This document shows positions 58,717 through 64,000 of a stretch of 64,000 nt of DNA, one piece after another. Location: NCBI GenBank assembly GCA_051362555.1, contig CM120640.1, positions 30,151,967 to 30,215,966 of the forward strand, given 5' to 3'. The notes under the pieces are model-generated. The model saw only the letters and a list, made by a program, of their open reading frames with translations, searched no databases and was not told the origin of the DNA. Position numbers and translations under genes: made by a program. This stretch comes from Lingula anatina. Taxonomy: Eukaryota; Animalia; Brachiopoda. Position 1 is the stretch's first letter. Every line of letters starts with the position of its first letter.

Positions 58717-59215
58717 CTTTTCTCTCTCCTATCCCCACTTTCAAAGAACCCATATTTTGAATGTTAGGTTCACATTTTATTAGTTGGCATGGTTCTTTAA
58801 AATAAGACTATTGAGGCTCCAAATTTTGTTCATAAGCATAAGAATATATTACCATGTTGACAAATCATTCACCAAATTTTTTTCTCAATCAATGTTTTTT
58901 GCAAAAGATTTTGATTTTAATTCATTAAAAATTCATAAAATATGACCTCTTGTGACACTTGGCCCATTATCAATAAACCTTGACTTATTGTCATGCATTC
59001 ATGCCTCATGAAAATTATTGTCCCATCCCTTACCTGCATAATGTATTGATGTATCTTTAATCATATTGATATGGCAAGCATTTTCTCTCCCCTACTCTCA
59101 CTTTCAGAAAGGGTACTTTTGGATCGTAAGGTTCACATTCTTTTACATAGTTTTCTAAATTAAGACAGCTGAGGCTCCAAGTGATAAAAACCTTGCCAGC
59201 TGTCATCCATCAACT
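58717..59215. repeat. Diverged direct repeat pair (~100-130 bp)
   Basis: TTTTCTCTC..CACTTTCA..AGGTTCACATT..TAAGAC..TGAGGCTCCAA occurs at ~58,717-58,822 and ~59,081-59,180. Confidence 0.65.
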
Positions 59216-59327
59216 AGAAGTTTACTTAATTATTACTGAACAGGTTACAATTCAATACTTATGTGATGCTCCATGCTAATGTCAATGAATTTTGATTTAC
59301 ATGTACCATACATGTACATGCAGTTTT

Positions 59328-59330
<3 letters not shown>

Positions 59331-59380
<50 letters not shown>
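59331..59380. repeat. (TA)25 microsatellite
   Basis: Perfect TA run. Confidence 0.97.
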
Positions 59381-59381
<1 letters not shown>

Positions 59382-60055
59382 CACACACAGAAAATAACAG
59401 CAACTGCATTATGCTCATCACACAGTCTTATGTACAGCAATCACTGTATATCGGAGTCACTTAAGCAATGTTAGAAAAACTTGGATGACTGAACACCGTT
59501 TTGTGTGGTTTTGTAGAAACAGAATGAAAGACACGAATGTAGATAATATTTGTTTTTTTTATCACAAACCAGAAGTCTTAAAGCATTAACAGAAGGGAAG
59601 CAAACAGTCTTTATACTTACCCAATAAACTAAAATGCACTCCTCTTCGATTGTGTTAACTTCAAAAACTACATTTATTCCGCTCTTTCCCATCCCAAAGA
59701 ATCTTCACTGCATTTTTGCATATGTTAGGCAAGATGCCAGTGGTGATTGAAGTTTCTTACATCGTTAATATCCCTAAATATATTCCATAACGTGCAAAAT
59801 ACTTGAAAATAGTATTCCGATCCGAATGAACAAGTCTCTTAGTGAAAAAAAAAAGACCCCGCAGGAAAAACGCAATCAACATATCTTTCACAACTAACAC
59901 ACTGCATCGGAGGAGAATCGGGGAACATCAAGCGCATCCGAGAAACGCTACGTTCAAGCTATTTCGGTCAGATCTTTTGATTTTTAGTTCAAATATGAAT
60001 TTCGCGGACGGTAGACCTACCGGTATTGTTTAATGTCCATTGCCCGATATACAAT

Positions 60056-60126
60056 CAGGGGCTGATCCAGGATTACTTAAATTTAAATGGGGGGGAGGGG
60101 GGGGGGGGGGGTCCGCCGCGGATCCT
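60056..60126. mobile_element. Possible remnant of a small GGATCC/poly-G non-autonomous DNA element
   Basis: CAGGGGCTGATCCAGGATT, then a G-run, then GCGGATCC. This resembles GGGGCGGATCCAG-ended MITE-like repeats common in invertebrates. The termini are imperfect. Confidence 0.3.
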
Positions 60127-61043
60127 ACAAATTTCTAATCACTTTCATACACATTGTTATTCATAGTGGTTTATCTGTGTTTAGATTAATTTCACATAGT
60201 AGAAAATAAAGACCATCTATACCTTCTTTTTGAAACAGATGGAGAATTTTCTTTTAAAAATGAGGTATTCTAAAGAATTTGCTAAAAGTTGAACACAGGA
60301 TTTAGTCATTTGGCTGGGATGGATAAAAAGGATACTCTTCTCTTCATTATTGAATATATTAACTAAATTTTGTAACTCAAGACAATCTTCTAATGAATTA
60401 TGAGCTGAACAATTTGTTAAGTAATTTACAAACTAAAGTCTCTTGTTAATGATTGGGTAAATTTGGATAAAGTCGTCACATGGAATAAAGTACAATTTAT
60501 CTTCTAAAATTCTGTTCATTTCCCAAACATAAAAAAGTATTATTTGTATTTTCATCAAAATTCCTTGGTTATCTGTTATATTGTGTTTGATGGGTTTTGT
60601 ACTGTACATTAGTACTTTTACAAAGCCATTACAACAATGGCATTGCAACACCAAATATCTGCTCACACCAGAAGAGAGCACAACTATTGCATCTTTTCAA
60701 GAGAGTTGAAAATTGCACTGTTTACAGGTCATATTACTCCATAACATACTTGTGGTCAAAATGCAAGCGCTTGTGAATATTTCCAGTGGGATAAGATCTT
60801 GTCACGGCTATACAAGCCTTACTAAAACGCTATTTTCCAACCCTCTCCATGAAAATTTTCCCATTGCAGCATTTGTAAATAAAGTCACGTGTGTCCTTAA
60901 CATCGTTAAAGACTTGGTGTTCACGGATACGCAATGCATTGTTGACATACTTATAGTGCTTCGGCCAAAATAACAACAAATATTTCATAAAAGGATGATT
61001 TACATGTTTTAATACATGTTATACTTTTATCATTAGCAGTTTT

Positions 61044-61076
<33 letters not shown>

Positions 61077-61129
61077 ACTCATGCGCCAAATCTACACAGA
61101 TCACAAAAAAAGCCAGTAATGATCAAACG

Positions 61130-62400
61130 TCTCTTCTGAATGTAACAACTCTGTGAAATGTCTGACTTGTACAACTCAAGCTTAACAAATGAAATACTGT
61201 AATCTGAGATAAGCTTATCGGTTGACTGTGCCTAATGAAAAAGATTTTCATTATATTTGAAAAGAATAGCAAATTCCATGGATAAAAAATAGTTAAATGT
61301 TAATAATTTTGGCAAATTTAGTCTGTAAACTATTACAGAGAGATCTGAGATAAGCTTATCAGTTGACTGTGTGTAATAAAAGTGATATTTTGGACAATAT
61401 AATTGAGAAAACTGTAAATTACACTGAAAACACCAGCAAATTCCATGGATAAAAATAGTTCAACATTAGCCATTTTCACAAATGTAGAAGAATCTTTATG
61501 ATATTTTTACAAATAAAGCTTATCAACTATAATAATCTGACATTAGTTTAATTGTTAACTGTTTCATGAAAAATATTTTTCAGAAAATATATTAGAGAAA
61601 ACTGAAAATAACACTGAAAAGGAGGTAAATTCCATGGCTTAAAACACTTAAATATTAATACATGTAATTTCAACAAACCTAGTCCAATGTTTGTGAAATT
61701 TCTTAGCAAAAAAAAAAAAAAAAAAAAAAACATCTGTAAAAAGCTTATCTGTTCACTGAGTGTAATGAAACTTTTTTAAACAATATATTTGAGAAAAGTG
61801 CAAAATTAAATTTAAACAAGGCAGCAAAGCTGTGAAATGTACAGACAAAAACATCTGTGTCTGTACATAAAAACTGCTGATGCTGTATATAAAAATAGTT
61901 AAATGTTAATAACTTTGTGAAATTTCCTTAATTCTTTGTGAAATTTGCACAATGAAGCTTATAATTAACAACTGAAATAATCAGCCATAAGCTTATCAGT
62001 TGACTGTGTGTAATGAAATTGATTTTTTCGGACAATATACAGTATTTGAGAAAACTAAAAATTGCATAGAAAGAAAATGCAAATTTCATGCTTTAAAATA
62101 CTTTTATGTTAATAATTTTGACAAATCTAGTCCAATGTTCGTGAAATTTCTACAAATGATGCTTAACAACTGAAATAATCTGAGATCAGCTTATCAGTCG
62201 ACTGTGCCTAATGAAAATGATGTTTTCAGAAAATATTTAAGAAAACTAAAAATAAGATTGAAAACACTGGCAAATTCCATACCTTAACATATTCAAATGT
62301 ATATGATGTTGACAAATCTAGTCCAATGTTTGTAAAATTTGTAAAAAATAAGCTTAACAACTATAATAATCTGAGATAAGTGTATCAGTTGACTGCCTCA
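61130..62400. repeat. Degenerate tandem repeat, ~140-250-bp units (best preserved ~190-200 bp), about 7 copies
   Basis: The motif AAGCTTAACAACT..ATAATCTGAGATAAGCTTATCAGTTGACTGTG..TAATGAAA..CAAATTCCATGG recurs near 61,200, 61,345, 61,520, 61,740, 61,985, 62,180 and 62,370. Confidence 0.8.
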
Positions 62401-62864
62401 TTTATTGGCAATTGATAGGAGAAGATTGAGAATGACAAAAAATAAAATTTTCAGTATTACAATAATATTATTCAGTATCAAATGAAGCATTTTATGTTAT
62501 GATTTGAGTTTGGTTGTGTAAGAGGAGACAAATTACCCATTATTGTCATCTGGAAACAATATATATCCATTCAAGATTTCTTCTTACTACCAATACCAGA
62601 TGCAGATTCCTCCTTGTAATGGGTGTCTAAAATCAGGCTTTGCACATCATTTGACGTTTATAATCTTGCCACATATCATGTATTCTACACATGGATGAGA
62701 TAATGCACTGCTCTTGCTGCTGTTTTTCACTGCCTACTTTTTCTATAGGTATTATCCATTACAAGATAAGTAGAGTCAGTTCCCCAAGAAGCCACCATGC
62801 TGTATGGAAAGGGTCACCTGGAAAAAGAACAATATATTTGAGAAAAATGAAAATCATATTAAAA

Positions 62865-63670
62865 ATATCTCCTACTAGACTATTAAAAACTGGAAACTTT
62901 GGTGATTGGTGAAACTGTAGTCAAAATGTGTGATGGCATTTCATAATTTTTGGGCAACAGGGGGTTGCGCTCTCCCTTGGGGGGGGGGTGGTGGAGGAGA
63001 TGATTCTGAATTCTTTTCACGTTATTTCTGTTATCTCCTCCTAGACTATTTGAGTTAGATAATTGAAACTTTGGTGATTGCTAGACCTGTCATCAGGGAA
63101 GTGCATTGGCATTTCAGAATTATTTCAAGAGGACATAGGGATGTCCTTGAGGGGGGGGGGGAAGTAGTTGTTCAAAATTTTTTTCACGTTGTAATTTCCC
63201 CAATCTCCTCTTAGACCATTAGACTTAAGAACTTGAAACTTTGATGATTGGTAGAACTGTAGTCAAAATGTGTGTTGGCATTCTAAAATTTTAGTGCAAC
63301 AGGGGGTTGCGCTGTCCCTGGGGGGGGGCAGGATGATTCGGAATTCTCTTCATGTTATTTCTGTTATCTCCTCCTAGACTATTTGAGTTAGATAATTGAA
63401 ACTGGTGATTGCTAGACCTGTCATCAGGGAAGTGCGTTGGCACTTCAGAATTATTTCAAGAGGGCATTGGGATGTCCTTGTGGGGGGATAGTTGTTCAAA
63501 ATTTTTTTCACGTTATAATTTCCCTGATCTCCTCTTAGAACATTAGACTTTAGAAGTTGAAACTTTGGTGAATGATAGCTGTTTCCTCAAGGATATGCAT
63601 GGGCATTTCATAATTAGTTCAACAGAGGTTTTGGCTATCCCTGGGGATGGTTGATTTTGAAGCCTTTTTT
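62865..63670. repeat. Tandem repeat of ~165-bp units alternating A/B (~334-bp dimer), about 5 units
   Basis: ATCTCCT..TAGA..ATT..GAAACTTTGGTGATTG occurs at ~62,867, 63,032, 63,203, 63,366 and 63,527. Units 1 and 3 share ACTGTAGTCAAAATGTGTG; units 2 and 4 share GACCTGTCATCAGGGAAGTGC. Confidence 0.85.
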
Positions 63671-64000
63671 CATTGTTATACCATTATGCTTATATGTCAT
63701 GTAACAGCTAATTGATCATTTTCTGACGTTTGCATTCTTACAGGCTGATGAGGAAATTATAGGGCAAAACACAATGGCAATGCAAATGAGGTGACGTCAA
63801 GCCAATGCTATGTGCACAAATATGCAAATCAATCCCCGCTTGTCACACTGTTCATGCTCAACGGGGAATTATTGCCACTTGCTGCAAGCCAACATAATTA
63901 CAAAGTTCCTTAACGGTTGGTACTCTTCCTTTCTCTAGGCTGAGATAGTCCTATCTCCTGCCTTGCTAGTGGTTTGACCTCATCTGAAAGTTTTGGGCAT

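Noticed and set aside
59273-60033. ORFs 59273, 59471 and 59842, plus a CpG-richer patch at 59.84-60.05 kb, as a gene 5' end
   Set aside because: The first ORF is the TA microsatellite and the others are short with no recognisable homology. A single minus-strand GTAAGT is not enough to build a gene model.
62532-62830. Minus-strand exon-like segment bounded by TTCTTTTTCCAG and GTAATT
   Set aside because: All three minus-strand frames contain stops, and there is no supporting neighbouring exon.

Overview
Eukaryotic, gene-poor window, probably from an invertebrate animal (inference). Bases 1-~58,244 are one head-to-tail, strongly A/C-skewed satellite array with nested periods. Alternating 21-bp and 28-bp ACAGT-initiated subunits form a 49-bp proto-unit. 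Seven proto-units make a ~347-bp monomer, monomers make a ~2.3-kb higher-order repeat (HOR), and HORs form 4,635-bp, 4,594-bp and 14,590-bp super-periods. The array is near-homogeneous over 1-30.5 kb, becomes an older mosaic over 33-57 kb, and decays into unique sequence at ~58.2 kb, like the edge of a (peri)centromeric array. It is interrupted by an internally deleted LTR retrotransposon (49,422-51,467, minus strand; TG..CA ends, AACA target-site duplication, polypurine tract, disrupted acidic reading frame) and by a ~110-150-bp foreign filler at ~41.1 kb. The 28-bp subunit has the geometry of a 12-spacer V(D)J recombination signal (CACAGTG-N12-ACAAACAYN). This is striking but may be compositional coincidence. 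The last 5.8 kb holds microsatellites and two small degenerate tandem arrays (~190 bp and ~165 bp). The many listed ORFs in the array are artefacts of the repeat, and no recognisable host gene was found.
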